This document shows positions 25,002-34,901 of a stretch of 54,740 bases of DNA, piece by piece; position 1 is the first letter of the stretch, and the number at the start of each line of letters is the position of its first letter. This DNA comes from Mycobacterium phage prophiGD11-3, in sequence record MW584155.1; one strand, written 5' to 3'. The position numbers and the translations under genes were made by a program. The notes beneath the pieces are model-generated. The model did not search any database. It was not told the DNA's origin and saw only the letters and a program-made list of their open reading frames with translations.

Positions 25002-26604
25002 GCGTTCCTCGCCTAAGTCCCGGTGGCCGGATTTTGTTGGTACGTGGCCGCGCCTGATCGGTCGGCAGACACCGGAGATTGAGTGCCGTCATCCGGGCGA
25101 TGAGTCCGAGGGTGATCGGTGCGCGACGTTCGCGTTCCGAATCGGTCTGCGGTGTATGCCGTGGCAATGGCTGATCTTGCGGGCGATGTTGTCGCTGCTG
25201 GATCCGAACCAGTGGGGCGAGCGGCTGTTCACCCATCGCAATGTGGTGATCGAATGTTCGCGTCAGAACGGCAAGACCCTGATCGTGATCGTTCGGATCC
25301 TGTGGGGGTTGTTCCGGCGCCGCGAGCGGATCCTGTACACGGCGCAGGAGTGGAAGACCGCCGAGGACGTGTTCGACCGCGTGTGCGCGGTGATCGACCG
25401 TGTTCCGGCGTTCCGGCGGCAGCTGGCGGCCAAGCCGTCGAAGAAGGACAACCGCGGCGTCATCTTGCTGGTGGACGGTACGAAGGCTGACTTCGGGCCG
25501 CGGTCACTGAATTTCGGTCGCGGTCTGACTGAGGTGGATCTGTTGATCATGGACGAGGCGTACGACGTGGTGCCGAAGCATTCGGCGAACCTGACCGGTA
25601 CGCAGCGCGCCGCTCAGAACCCGCAGACGATCTGGCTGTCCACACCGCCGGTGGCGGCCGAGCATCCGCACTGTCACAAGCTGGCGGGTTTTCATCGGTT
25701 GGGCAAGGCGGGCGCCAAGAATCCGCAGCGGGCGCTGCGCCTGTATTACGCGCTGTTCGCGGCACCGGATGGTATGGCGCGCACCGACCCGAAGGCGTAC
25801 CCGCTGGCGCATCCGTCACTGGGTGTGGTGGGCAGCGTCGAGGAAGTGCAGGACGCGCTGCAGAGTTCGCAGACGGCCGCCGACATCGCGTTGTTCGATG
25901 CGGACTACCTGGGGCGCGGGCAGTACCCGCCACCGGAGTCGACGGTGGTTTCCGAGATTGACGCGCGGGAATGGGCAGACATGGCCAAGGGCGCAACACC
26001 GCAGCTCACCGGTGAAACCGTGCTGGTGATTGAACGCACCCTCGATCGCAACGTATGGCTGCTGTTCGGCGGCCGAGCCACCACGACGGGCCGGGCGCAC
26101 ATCGAGGTCGGATTCAGCGCGGCGTGTTCGGTCGACGAGTTCGTGCTGAAAGTTGTCGAGGCGGTGCAGGCTGTCGATCCGCCGGTGGTTGCCGTCCGGG
26201 GTGGCTCTGATGGCGCCGAGCTCGAATCGAAACTGATCAAGGCTGGTGTTGAGCCGACACCGATCACCAAGGTCGAGGTACCGGCGTTCTGCGGCGGGTT
26301 CCTGGATGCGGTCGGCGAGGGACGGGTCTCGCACCGGGATCAAGCGGAGATCAATCGGGCTATGCGCCATGCGGTGAAACACAAGCGCACCGGTGGCGGG
26401 TTTGTGTGGGAGCCGATCGACGACACCACCTGGGCATACCTGATGGGCGCCAGCATGACTCACGGGGTTCTGGCCAAGTACGCCAACCACAAGACACCGG
26501 TTCCGCCGCCGCCGCTGGCCGAGGCACCCGATCCCACCGACAGCAGCGCGGACAGCGCGGTCGGACTTGACGACGACTTCGACGCGCTCACCGCGGCGTT
26601 CTGA
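24967..26604 (+). CDS. terminase large subunit
   Basis: Walker A ECSRQNGKT, Walker B LLIMDEAYD; 545 aa. Confidence 0.85.
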   Translation: MTRMTTPPKGSRRSSPKSRWPDFVGTWPRLIGRQTPEIECRHPGDESEGDRCATFAFRIGLRCMPWQWLILRAMLSLLDPNQWGERLFTHRNVVIECSRQNGKTLIVIVRILWGLFRRRERILYTAQEWKTAEDVFDRVCAVIDRVPAFRRQLAAKPSKKDNRGVILLVDGTKADFGPRSLNFGRGLTEVDLLIMDEAYDVVPKHSANLTGTQRAAQNPQTIWLSTPPVAAEHPHCHKLAGFHRLGKAGAKNPQRALRLYYALFAAPDGMARTDPKAYPLAHPSLGVVGSVEEVQDALQSSQTAADIALFDADYLGRGQYPPPESTVVSEIDAREWADMAKGATPQLTGETVLVIERTLDRNVWLLFGGRATTTGRAHIEVGFSAACSVDEFVLKVVEAVQAVDPPVVAVRGGSDGAELESKLIKAGVEPTPITKVEVPAFCGGFLDAVGEGRVSHRDQAEINRAMRHAVKHKRTGGGFVWEPIDDTTWAYLMGASMTHGVLAKYANHKTPVPPPPLAEAPDPTDSSADSAVGLDDDFDALTAAF

Positions 26605-26619
26605 CCGAAAGGGGAACCG

Positions 26620-28026
26620 ATGGCCGTCTCGCCTTCAGTGACCCGAGAACAGGGTTACGTCAACCCGTACGCCGACGAGCAACTGCGGTATACGGACTGG
26701 ATGATGTGGGACCTCCTGGAGGAGGTTCCCGATCTGGTTTATCCGTTGTCGTTGCCGGTCTTTGCCAAGATGCCCAAGGATGACTCCCGGTTGTGGTCGC
26801 TGCTGGCCGCGATCCGGCTGCCCATCTTGCGCAACAGCTACTGGATTGATCCGAACGGGGCGCGCGATGAGGTGGTGGCGCACCTGGCGGCCGATCTAGG
26901 TCTGCCGATCAAGGGCGACGGCGGCGGCGACAAGAAGGCCAACACCCGGGGCCGCCGCAAGGGCCGGTTCAGCTGGAAAGCGCACGTGCGCAGCGCCTTG
27001 ACGCATCTGCAATACGGGCACAGCGTGTTCGAGCAGGTCTACGACCCCACCCGCCCAGACGGCAAGCTGCACCTTCACAAGCTGGCGCCACGGCCCCAGA
27101 GCACGATTTCGAAGTGGCATGTGGCCCGCGACGGCGGCTTGATCGCCATTGAGCAGGAACCTCCGCGCGGTGCGCCTGTGATGGCGAACCTGGCCGGTGT
27201 AAGGCTCGATGTCAGTCGGCTGGTGGTGTACCGCAACGAGCCCGAAGACGGGATCTGGATTGGTCAGTCGCTGCTGCGGCCCGCCTACAAGAACTGGATC
27301 CTGAAAAACGAGCTGATCCGGCTGGAGGCGGTCGCTGTGCGCCGCAACGGTGTTGGCACACCGGTGGTCACCGCACCACCTGGGATCGATGCCGCGATTG
27401 GGTCGGCGGGCCTGAAACCGTACCTGGATTTCGCCAAGGGGTATCGGGCAGGTAACACCGCGGGCGGTGCGCTGCCCAACGGCGCAACGATGCAGCTGCT
27501 GGGCGTGATGGGGCAGCGGGTGGATCCGCGCCCCGCCATTGAGTACCACGACCGTGCGATCGGTTTGGTTGCGCTGCAGCACTTCCTGAACCTCGACGGC
27601 AAGGGCGGCTCCTATGCGCTGGCCAATGTGCAAGAGGAGCCGTACACGCAGGCGGTGCAGGCCGTCCTGGACGACATGCTCGACATCACCAACACGCATG
27701 TCGTCGAAGACCTGGTCGACCTGAACTACTCGATCGACGAGAACGCCCCACTGATCGGGGCCGCCGAGATCGCTTCCCGGCAAGACGCCACCGCCGCGGC
27801 CCTGAACCTGCTGGTGTCGGCCGGTCTGATCGTGCCCGATGCCCGGCTGCGCGCGTTCATCCGCCAAAACCTCGGCGCCCCACCGGAAGACCCGGACACC
27901 CAAGACGACACCGAAGACGATGAGCCCGACCTACAGCCGCCCGCCGCCGCGGCACCTGAACCGCCCAAGCCCTCACCCAAGAGCAGCCGCCGCAAGGGCG
28001 AGAACGGAGACCCAACGCTGTGGTGA
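26620..28026 (+). CDS. portal protein
   Basis: 468 aa between TerL and protease; acidic C-terminal tail. Confidence 0.7.
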   Translation: MAVSPSVTREQGYVNPYADEQLRYTDWMMWDLLEEVPDLVYPLSLPVFAKMPKDDSRLWSLLAAIRLPILRNSYWIDPNGARDEVVAHLAADLGLPIKGDGGGDKKANTRGRRKGRFSWKAHVRSALTHLQYGHSVFEQVYDPTRPDGKLHLHKLAPRPQSTISKWHVARDGGLIAIEQEPPRGAPVMANLAGVRLDVSRLVVYRNEPEDGIWIGQSLLRPAYKNWILKNELIRLEAVAVRRNGVGTPVVTAPPGIDAAIGSAGLKPYLDFAKGYRAGNTAGGALPNGATMQLLGVMGQRVDPRPAIEYHDRAIGLVALQHFLNLDGKGGSYALANVQEEPYTQAVQAVLDDMLDITNTHVVEDLVDLNYSIDENAPLIGAAEIASRQDATAAALNLLVSAGLIVPDARLRAFIRQNLGAPPEDPDTQDDTEDDEPDLQPPAAAAPEPPKPSPKSSRRKGENGDPTLW

Positions 28027-29285
28027 ACAAGCCTGAACTTCCCAACCGCGCACGCCCGGCCAACAGCACCCCGGCCCGGCCCTGGTACCGCATCCAGAAC
28101 AAAGCCGATGACGGTACCGCCCAGATCGACATCTACGACGAAATCCACTGGTTCTGGGGTATCAACGCCGCAGATTTCCGGCGCGACCTCCTGGCGCTGG
28201 GCGATGGAATCAAAACCATTGAGGTACACGTCAATTCCCCTGGCGGAGACGTGTACGAAGCGATTGCCATCATGAACACGCTGCGCCAGCACGAGGCCCG
28301 TGTGGTGACCATCGTGGACGGGCTGGCCGCATCATCGGCCGGGTTCATCGCGGTCGGTGCCAGCGACGAGCTGATCATGGCGCCGAATTCTGAACTCATG
28401 GCGCACCTTCCGTGGTCATACGCCCGCGGCAACGCGGCCGACCTACGCAAGACCGCCGACGACCTCGATCGCATCGCCACCAACATTGCGTCGATTTTCG
28501 CCACCCGAACAGCCACCCCCGTCGCCGATTGGCTGCAGGTGCTCACCGATGAAACCTGGTGGTCCGCAGCCGAAGCCGTCGACGCCGGACTAGCGCACCG
28601 GGTACTGGCCGCCGAACCCGACGGGCCGGACGCCGAGGCCGCCAAGAACCGATTCGATCTGTCTGTCTTCAACCATGCGGGACGCCGGTTCGCCCCGCCA
28701 CCAGCGCGAATCTGCGCGCTGTCCCAAGCCCCTCAGCCTGCCGAGGCCGAGGCAAACAGAGGAAAGGAGCCCATTGTGGCAACCCTGAATGAGGGCCTCG
28801 CGGAACTGCTCGGCATTGCGGCCGACGCGGGCGACGAGGCCATTCTGGCTGCGGCGAAGGAGGCGTTCGAAGGACGCGCCACCGACGCTGCAGCAGCACC
28901 CGACACCGAGCCGACCGTCGACCAGATCACCGCAGCCGCCGAAAAGGCCGGACTGGTGCTGGTCAATAAAGCGCAGTGGGAGAGCACTGTCACGGCCGCA
29001 CAGGACGGCGCGGAGGCACGCAAGCAGCAGCTTGCCGATGCCGACGCGGCGTTGGTCGACGCGGCGATCCGTGACGGCAAGTTCGGCCCAGCCGACCGCG
29101 CCTACTACCTCGCAATGCTGAACAGCAACCGGGAGCTGACGACCGGGTTCATCAACAAGATGGCCAAGGGCTTTATCCCGACCCAAGAGGTCGGCCATTC
29201 CACGCAGGCCGTCGACGGTATCCCCGACGACCTGGGCTGGTTCGATTCCGCGCCGACGGCGCCGAGCATTGCAGGACAGGAGTAG
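28020..29285 (+). CDS. ClpP-like (S14) capsid maturation protease fused to a scaffold-like C-terminal half
   Basis: VNSPGGDVYEAIAIMNTL...GLAASSAGFIAVGA ClpP motifs; Ala/Glu-rich helical C-terminus. Confidence 0.8.
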   Translation: MVNKPELPNRARPANSTPARPWYRIQNKADDGTAQIDIYDEIHWFWGINAADFRRDLLALGDGIKTIEVHVNSPGGDVYEAIAIMNTLRQHEARVVTIVDGLAASSAGFIAVGASDELIMAPNSELMAHLPWSYARGNAADLRKTADDLDRIATNIASIFATRTATPVADWLQVLTDETWWSAAEAVDAGLAHRVLAAEPDGPDAEAAKNRFDLSVFNHAGRRFAPPPARICALSQAPQPAEAEANRGKEPIVATLNEGLAELLGIAADAGDEAILAAAKEAFEGRATDAAAAPDTEPTVDQITAAAEKAGLVLVNKAQWESTVTAAQDGAEARKQQLADADAALVDAAIRDGKFGPADRAYYLAMLNSNRELTTGFINKMAKGFIPTQEVGHSTQAVDGIPDDLGWFDSAPTAPSIAGQE

Positions 29286-29289
29286 ATCA

Positions 29290-29670
29290 ATGACAGGCGA
29301 AAACGTAGGCGTTTACGAGCCCGGCCGGGATATCACCGGCCTGGCCTCGGCCGCCGTCACCGGCAAGCGGTTCCTGAAGATCAGCGGGAACCGCTCGACG
29401 GCCACCGGCAATATTTCGGTCGCACCCGCTGACGCAGGCGGCCGGGTATGCGGGGTGGCGAAGTACGACGCCGCCAGCGGCGCCATTGTCGGTGTCGCCC
29501 GCGGCAATTCGCGCGTCACCCACGTGACAGCCGACGGCGCAATCGCCGCCTTCGCGGAGGTCGAGGTCGGTGCCGCAGGCAAGGCCAAGACCAAGGCCAG
29601 CGGTATCGCCGTTGGTTATGCACTCACCGCGGCGGCCGACGGCGCCGACGCCGAAATCAGCCTCTACTAG
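29290..29670 (+). CDS. head decoration-like protein (DUF2190-like)
   Basis: 126 aa between protease and capsid; Gly/Ala-rich. Confidence 0.5.
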   Translation: MTGENVGVYEPGRDITGLASAAVTGKRFLKISGNRSTATGNISVAPADAGGRVCGVAKYDAASGAIVGVARGNSRVTHVTADGAIAAFAEVEVGAAGKAKTKASGIAVGYALTAAADGADAEISLY

Positions 29671-29685
29671 GAAAGGGCAACCGAA

Positions 29686-30591
29686 ATGGCAACCTCTCCC
29701 GTCGCGTACCCGTTGGGGGCGCCGGTCATCAGCAACAACACGATCACGGTCGACCTGGCATACAAGCAGCCCGGCCGGATCACCAAGCGTCTGTCGGATC
29801 TGACGCTGCAGAAGTTCATTACGCCGGAACTGTTCTCGTCCTCGGGAACCACCACCACCGCGGGCGCGATCATCTACGACACGATCACCGTCAACGAGCT
29901 GTACACGAAGAACGACGTGGAACAGCGCGGGCCCTCGGATGAGTACCCGATCGTGCAGGGTGAACGGCTGCAGCCCAAGGTCGCACAGTCCGAGGACTGG
30001 GGTGGAAAGTTCTGGATGTCCGACGAAGCCATCCGGCGCAACGACAAGCTCCAGATGGACCGTCTGACACGGCAGCTGGCGAACACGATCGTCCGCAAGG
30101 TCAACCAGCGGACCGTGGCCGTGCTCGATGCGGTGATCGCCTCACTGGGCGGCGCCGGTGTCATCCCCGGTCACGACTGGACCAACGTCACCCTGACCGG
30201 TACCAGCCCGACGCCGAACAACGCCCGTCCCTTCGCGGACATCATCGGAGCCCAGCTGGCCGCCGACGTCGAGGAACTCGACTACGTGTACAACGTGTGG
30301 GTCGTCAACCCGCGCCAGTACGCGGACCTTCGCATCGCCTACGGCCCCGAACTCGACGCCGTTCTGCGTGACGGCGAGATTTCGATGTTCCGGTCTAACC
30401 GTGTCGCCAACGGCACTGCATACGCCGCGGTGCGCGGTGGTGTCGGGTTCTTGGACTACGAGCAGCAGCTGCAGACCGAGACCTGGCGCGAACCCAAGAC
30501 CAAGCAGAACTGGGTGCAGTCCTCGGTGCTGCCCATCATGGGCGTCACTGACCCGTACGCCGTCAAGAAGGTCACCGGACTGGCGGGTTAA
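29686..30591 (+). CDS. major capsid protein (HK97-fold type)
   Basis: 301 aa, position after protease/decoration, RBS ggaaaggg. Confidence 0.7.
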   Translation: MATSPVAYPLGAPVISNNTITVDLAYKQPGRITKRLSDLTLQKFITPELFSSSGTTTTAGAIIYDTITVNELYTKNDVEQRGPSDEYPIVQGERLQPKVAQSEDWGGKFWMSDEAIRRNDKLQMDRLTRQLANTIVRKVNQRTVAVLDAVIASLGGAGVIPGHDWTNVTLTGTSPTPNNARPFADIIGAQLAADVEELDYVYNVWVVNPRQYADLRIAYGPELDAVLRDGEISMFRSNRVANGTAYAAVRGGVGFLDYEQQLQTETWREPKTKQNWVQSSVLPIMGVTDPYAVKKVTGLAG

Positions 30592-30637
30592 CCCCCGCCA
30601 GTTTCGGCACACAGCCCCCAGAGAGGAGATCTTCGAA

Positions 30638-31018
30638 ATGGCAAGTGTGACAGAGAAAAAGGTTCTGGTTGCCACCTGGGAGTACCTCGACGCCGACGGT
30701 TTGCGCCGCCGCGCGTTCTTCGGTGACATCGTCAGACTCACCGACGCCGAGGTCGACCGCGCGCAAGCCGCCGGGGTATTCGCAGCAGCAGCAGCAGCAG
30801 CCCACGAGGATCGGGCCCCGGCCGGTGACGGCGGCGCTGCCTCCGGTGAGGGTGGGACAGAGGCCCTGCAGGATCCGGGAGCGCAGGCGGGCGGGGAGCG
30901 GCCGAAGAAGGCCGCATCCAAGGCCACCTGGGTCGCATACGCGGTCAGCCGCGGCATGGACGAAGCGGAAGCCAAGGCCATGAACCGTGACGACCTGGTC
31001 CAGAAGTTCAGCGAGTGA
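30638..31018 (+). CDS. hypothetical head protein with poly-Ala tract
   Basis: RBS gagaggag; contains (GCA)6 repeat. Confidence 0.55.
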   Translation: MASVTEKKVLVATWEYLDADGLRRRAFFGDIVRLTDAEVDRAQAAGVFAAAAAAAHEDRAPAGDGGAASGEGGTEALQDPGAQAGGERPKKAASKATWVAYAVSRGMDEAEAKAMNRDDLVQKFSE

Positions 31019-31029
31019 AGGAGCACGCG

Positions 31030-31287
31030 ATGAAGTACCGAGTTCTTAAGCCGTGCGCGTTCACTCAGGACGGACAGGCCGTACACCACACGCAGGCAGG
31101 CGCTGTCGTGGCACCCGACGACGAGTTGGTGGCCGCTGCACTCGTGGCGGCAGGAAAGCTCGAAGCCGTCGACGAACCCGAGCCGGTATCGGCACGAGCC
31201 GAGGCGTCCAAGCCCGCCCCGGCAAAGGCCGCTGCGCGTAACCGCAGCGGTTCCGATGAGAACAGATCTGCCAGCCGGGATGGCTAA
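31030..31287 (+). CDS. hypothetical protein
   Basis: RBS gaaggagc; ATG frame-checked. Confidence 0.5.
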   Translation: MKYRVLKPCAFTQDGQAVHHTQAGAVVAPDDELVAAALVAAGKLEAVDEPEPVSARAEASKPAPAKAAARNRSGSDENRSASRDG

Positions 31288-31648
31288 CCCGTTCGTCGAA
31301 ATCACGGCGTTCACTACCGAATTCGGTGGGGCACTCACCGCGGCGCAGACATCGCAGGCGACTCGTCTGCTGCAGGTGGTGTCCGACCGAATCCGGGAAC
31401 TGAACCCCGATGTTGATCCCCTTGCGGCGGCGCAGGTGGTCTTCGAGGTGGTTCGCGACGCGGTTCTGTACGGGCACCTGGACCGGTTCGCGTCGTTCCA
31501 GAACACCACCAGCCGCCGCACTGAGGCGGGCACGGTCGATGCCGACCGCAGCGCCGTCGACGACTACCTCACCAGACGGCACAAGGTGCTGCTGGGCATC
31601 GCATTGATGGCCGAGCCCATGGGGCATTTCCCGGAGAACGACTACTGA
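31280..31648 (+). CDS. head-tail connector/adaptor (putative)
   Basis: position; internal ATG preferred over 31256. Confidence 0.5.
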   Translation: MANPFVEITAFTTEFGGALTAAQTSQATRLLQVVSDRIRELNPDVDPLAAAQVVFEVVRDAVLYGHLDRFASFQNTTSRRTEAGTVDADRSAVDDYLTRRHKVLLGIALMAEPMGHFPENDY

Positions 31649-32067
31649 TGTTCCAGATCGGCGGTGACGTCGTGGGAATTGTCAAGCGCACCAAGACCGC
31701 TGCACGCGACCGGTTCCAGCAGCGTATCGCCGCCGCCGAGCAGGTAGTGATCAAGAGCGGATGCCTGTTCGAAGTTCAGCCCACCGCCGTAGCCGACAAA
31801 CGGGAAACCCCAACGTCGCCGCCGCTGGAACGCGAACTTGCCTGGGTGTTCCTGCCCGTGGACGCCGATACCCGCAGCATCACCGCGGCTGATGCGATCC
31901 GCTACCCAGTGATCGACGACGACGGCAACGCACTGCCTGCTGACGATCCCCGCAGCCGCACGTACGAGATGGCAGGCAACGGTGTGGTGGAACCGGACAT
32001 CCATGGCCGCCGCGACCACGTGGCCTGCGTGTGCGAGTGGCAGCAGATCGCGCGGGCCGATGCCTAA
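31648..32067 (+). CDS. head-tail joining protein (putative)
   Basis: position, size. Confidence 0.5.
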   Translation: MFQIGGDVVGIVKRTKTAARDRFQQRIAAAEQVVIKSGCLFEVQPTAVADKRETPTSPPLERELAWVFLPVDADTRSITAADAIRYPVIDDDGNALPADDPRSRTYEMAGNGVVEPDIHGRRDHVACVCEWQQIARADA

Positions 32068-32371
32068 CCAGTTCGAGCAGTATGGGATCAGCCAGGACGA
32101 CATCGACGAGGCACTCACATCCCAGGAAGTGATCGACGCCAAGGTGGAGCTGGCCAACGAGGCCGCAGACTATTGGCGCTCAGTGTCCCCACGGGACACC
32201 GACGACTACCACGATTCGATCAAGGTGGAACAGAACGGATCTGACGTGAGCGTCGGGGCCTATGACCCTGCCGCGAACATCATCGAATACGGCAACGAGA
32301 AAACCCCTGAATTCGCGCCCCGGGCGCAGACCGAAGCGCACTTTGAGGCACGCAGGAAGACCTCGTCGTGA
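32060..32371 (+). CDS. tail completion / neck protein (putative)
   Basis: position; start frame-checked. Confidence 0.45.
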   Translation: MPNQFEQYGISQDDIDEALTSQEVIDAKVELANEAADYWRSVSPRDTDDYHDSIKVEQNGSDVSVGAYDPAANIIEYGNEKTPEFAPRAQTEAHFEARRKTSS

Positions 32372-32814
32372 CGGTGGAACTTCTCGACTGGGAAGCACCC
32401 AACGGGATTGAAGTTCTGCTCGCGTGGCTGGCGCCGCTGGACGGCGTATGCGGCCCAGACCGCCCCACCGGCGACGGCTGGCCATACCGGCAGGTGACCC
32501 GTGTTACCGGGCCGGACGACAAGGTCACCGATTTCGGTCTCTATTCGGTGCACACGTTCGCCACCGGCCCCGACAAAGACGCAGCGTTCACGGCCGCCGC
32601 GGACGCCGCCCAGATCACGCACCGTCGCTTGCTGGCGATGGCGCCACCGCTTGCCCCGCAACGGCGCATCGCGATCAGCGGCGGCCGGATCATCAAGGCC
32701 GACAGCATCACCGCCACCGAAGGGCCTCGCCCGGAGCACTACGGCGCAGGCGAACTGGTCGCCCGGCAAGTTGCGCGGTACCGCGTCGAACTGCGTTTCG
32801 CCGCTGCTCTCTGA
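32368..32814 (+). CDS. tail component (putative tail terminator)
   Basis: position; GTGA coupling. Confidence 0.45.
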   Translation: MTVELLDWEAPNGIEVLLAWLAPLDGVCGPDRPTGDGWPYRQVTRVTGPDDKVTDFGLYSVHTFATGPDKDAAFTAAADAAQITHRRLLAMAPPLAPQRRIAISGGRIIKADSITATEGPRPEHYGAGELVARQVARYRVELRFAAAL

Positions 32815-32898
32815 TTCCCCCTGACTGACAGCCGGTCCGGGGATTTTGTTGCACACCAACATCTCTGGGGTGTGCTTTCCGATTGAAAGGAAACCGCG

Positions 32899-33897
32899 AT
32901 GGCCAACACATTGCCTATGACCGGCCAGGAGTGGGAGGACACCTACGGGTTCAACCCTCTGGGCATCCGCAAGGGCATCATCACCAACACCCTGATCCGG
33001 GACTACCACAGCTATCTGACGAATCTGGCCGACCCGGCGGTGGGCCTGAACGCCGACGGCGTCTTCTCGCCCTACGCCCAGGACGGCCTGTACCGAGATG
33101 ACCTGATGGACCCCGATTTCCCGGGTGGTCCGTTCTTGGATCCTGGTGCCCTCAAGGACGACGGCGTGAAGATCACCTCGGAGACCAAGGTCGAACAGAC
33201 CCGGGTCGCGCAGGCGCGCCGCTCGCAACGCTACGACCTGACCGAGGAAGACGACGAGATCGAATTCACCTACCGTGAGGACAACCCGACGGTCGATCTG
33301 CTGCGTTTCGACAAGCCGCTGGTGAACATTCCCGATGTTGGTACCGCGGGCTATGTGCAGACCAAGCCCGCCGAGGGGGATCTGGTCGAACGCCAGATCA
33401 TTGCCTTCGCCGAAGACGGCGACCACCGATTCGCCTACATTTTCCCGCGGGTCGCGCGTTCCAAGGTCGGTGATACCCAGCTGAACAAGAAGGATCCGCA
33501 CGAGCTGAACCTGAAATACGGTGCCCTGCTGTGCCCGTGGGCCAAGTACCCGGTGGCCATCGCCCGTGAGGGTGCGGGGTGGCGGGCACTTGGCGGGGCG
33601 CCGGTGTTCCCGGCCCCGGCGCCGAACGCGACGCCGGTGGCAGGCGGCAAGGCCACGATCGCATTCACCCAGCCGCAGGGCACTGGGGATCCGTGGGCGT
33701 ACACCGTCACCAAGAACATCGGTGGCACCGAGACCGCGGCCGTCATCGACAGTGTGGCGGTCGTGGGAATCACAGTCACGATCACCGTTTCCGGCCTTGC
33801 CACCGGTGCCCAGGCCAAGTTCAAGGTGAAGGCCACCGGCTCCAACCTGGCATCGGCATTCTCCCTGGAATCGAACCAGATCACCGCGATCGCTTAG
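32899..33897 (+). CDS. major tail protein with C-terminal Ig-like domain
   Basis: 332 aa, RBS gaaaggaaacc, followed by a strong terminator and the chaperone pair. Confidence 0.65.
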   Translation: MANTLPMTGQEWEDTYGFNPLGIRKGIITNTLIRDYHSYLTNLADPAVGLNADGVFSPYAQDGLYRDDLMDPDFPGGPFLDPGALKDDGVKITSETKVEQTRVAQARRSQRYDLTEEDDEIEFTYREDNPTVDLLRFDKPLVNIPDVGTAGYVQTKPAEGDLVERQIIAFAEDGDHRFAYIFPRVARSKVGDTQLNKKDPHELNLKYGALLCPWAKYPVAIAREGAGWRALGGAPVFPAPAPNATPVAGGKATIAFTQPQGTGDPWAYTVTKNIGGTETAAVIDSVAVVGITVTITVSGLATGAQAKFKVKATGSNLASAFSLESNQITAIA

Positions 33898-33910
33898 CGA
33901 TCCACACGCC

Positions 33911-33948
33911 CCTTGGGCGGGGTGTAGCTGTGGCACCCCGCCCAAGGT
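33911..33948 (+). terminator. 14-bp perfect inverted repeat ccttgggcggggtg / caccccgcccaagg with 10-nt loop
   Basis: read directly; immediately after the major tail stop. Confidence 0.6.
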
Positions 33949-34008
33949 CAGGAGCATCCCACCGCAGCAGGCCCCAAACTTCCCCAGCACGAGAGGAATT
34001 CACAGCAC

Positions 34009-34566
34009 ATGAGCAACTCACAACCCACGGTCCGCGACGAAGCGCGCCAGCGTCGGCGCCTGAGCCTGGAGCAGGCCATCGACGACGTGTCCAACTACTT
34101 CGGGGTCGAAGGCGCGCTCATCGTCGAGATCGGGGGCGAGGACTTCGAGATCCCTGCCCGCGTGATGCTCGACAAGGAACAGCAGAAGCGATACAAGGCA
34201 TACCAGGATCGCTTCGAGCAGCTGGACAAAGAAGAAGTTCCACGCCGGAACCTGCTTACCGGCGAAATCTTGGTGCACCCCAAAACCGGTGAAGTTGAGA
34301 TGATTTCGCGTGTCAAAACCCCGCACGCCATCAACGATGTAGTTCTGGAAGAACCCTACGAGACAGCGCTGGCGATCGTGTTGTGGGGCGAGGAAAAGGG
34401 CGGGCGCTATTTGGCCGCCGGTGGCCCGATCGGGCTTATCACCATGACCTGGAACCGGATGGACTACGAGTTCGACGAGTGGAAAAAGGAGCGGGAGAAG
34501 ACCGATCCCAAAAGTGACGGCAGCGCTGCAAGCGTGGCCGATGTACAGCCGGGAAATAGCCTCTGA
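34009..34566 (+). CDS. tail assembly chaperone (G-like)
   Basis: position between major tail and tape measure; overlapping downstream ORF in another frame. Confidence 0.7.
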   Translation: MSNSQPTVRDEARQRRRLSLEQAIDDVSNYFGVEGALIVEIGGEDFEIPARVMLDKEQQKRYKAYQDRFEQLDKEEVPRRNLLTGEILVHPKTGEVEMISRVKTPHAINDVVLEEPYETALAIVLWGEEKGGRYLAAGGPIGLITMTWNRMDYEFDEWKKEREKTDPKSDGSAASVADVQPGNSL

Positions 34567-34894
34567 TCTTTCGCTCTACCACCACCGTTCCATCACTGAA
34601 TGGCTCACGGGGGACATGAGCAGCGCCGAGCTACTCATCTTCCTCGATGGGTTACCCGATGCGTCGAGCTTCAAAACCTGGTGCTACCGCGGCGGCGACT
34701 GGACTGACGATCTGAAGATCAAGGCGCGCATGGTCAACGAGCTTGCTTTGGCGCGCGCCGACGGCCGCGGATATGTACCCGAGTTGGTGAAGACCCCGCT
34801 GGAATTCGCCGCTGAAATCGCGCACCTGGACTGGCAGCAACGCCGCCACGACGAGGTGCTCGCCGAGCTGCAGGGCAAAAACAAGAGGAGGTGA
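34514..34894 (+). CDS. tail assembly chaperone frameshift extension (GT-like), reached by a +1/-2 shift from 34009..; frame open from 34448
   Basis: ORF in frame +1 overlapping the chaperone's 3' end, ending just before the TMP RBS aggagg. Confidence 0.6.
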   Translation: MTAALQAWPMYSREIASDLSLYHHRSITEWLTGDMSSAELLIFLDGLPDASSFKTWCYRGGDWTDDLKIKARMVNELALARADGRGYVPELVKTPLEFAAEIAHLDWQQRRHDEVLAELQGKNKRR

Positions 34895-34901
34895 ACTGGC
34901 C

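Noticed and set aside
32260-33990. Long minus-strand ORFs (576 aa here; also 30142-31533, 44686-46413, 42575-43849, 26896-27903, 36024-36926, 25816-26490) lying antisense to structural genes
   Set aside because: Their translations are Arg/Gly/Pro/Ala-rich low-complexity strings typical of antisense frames in high-GC DNA. The + strand ORFs over the same bases have recognisable phage functions, start/stop coupling and RBSs.
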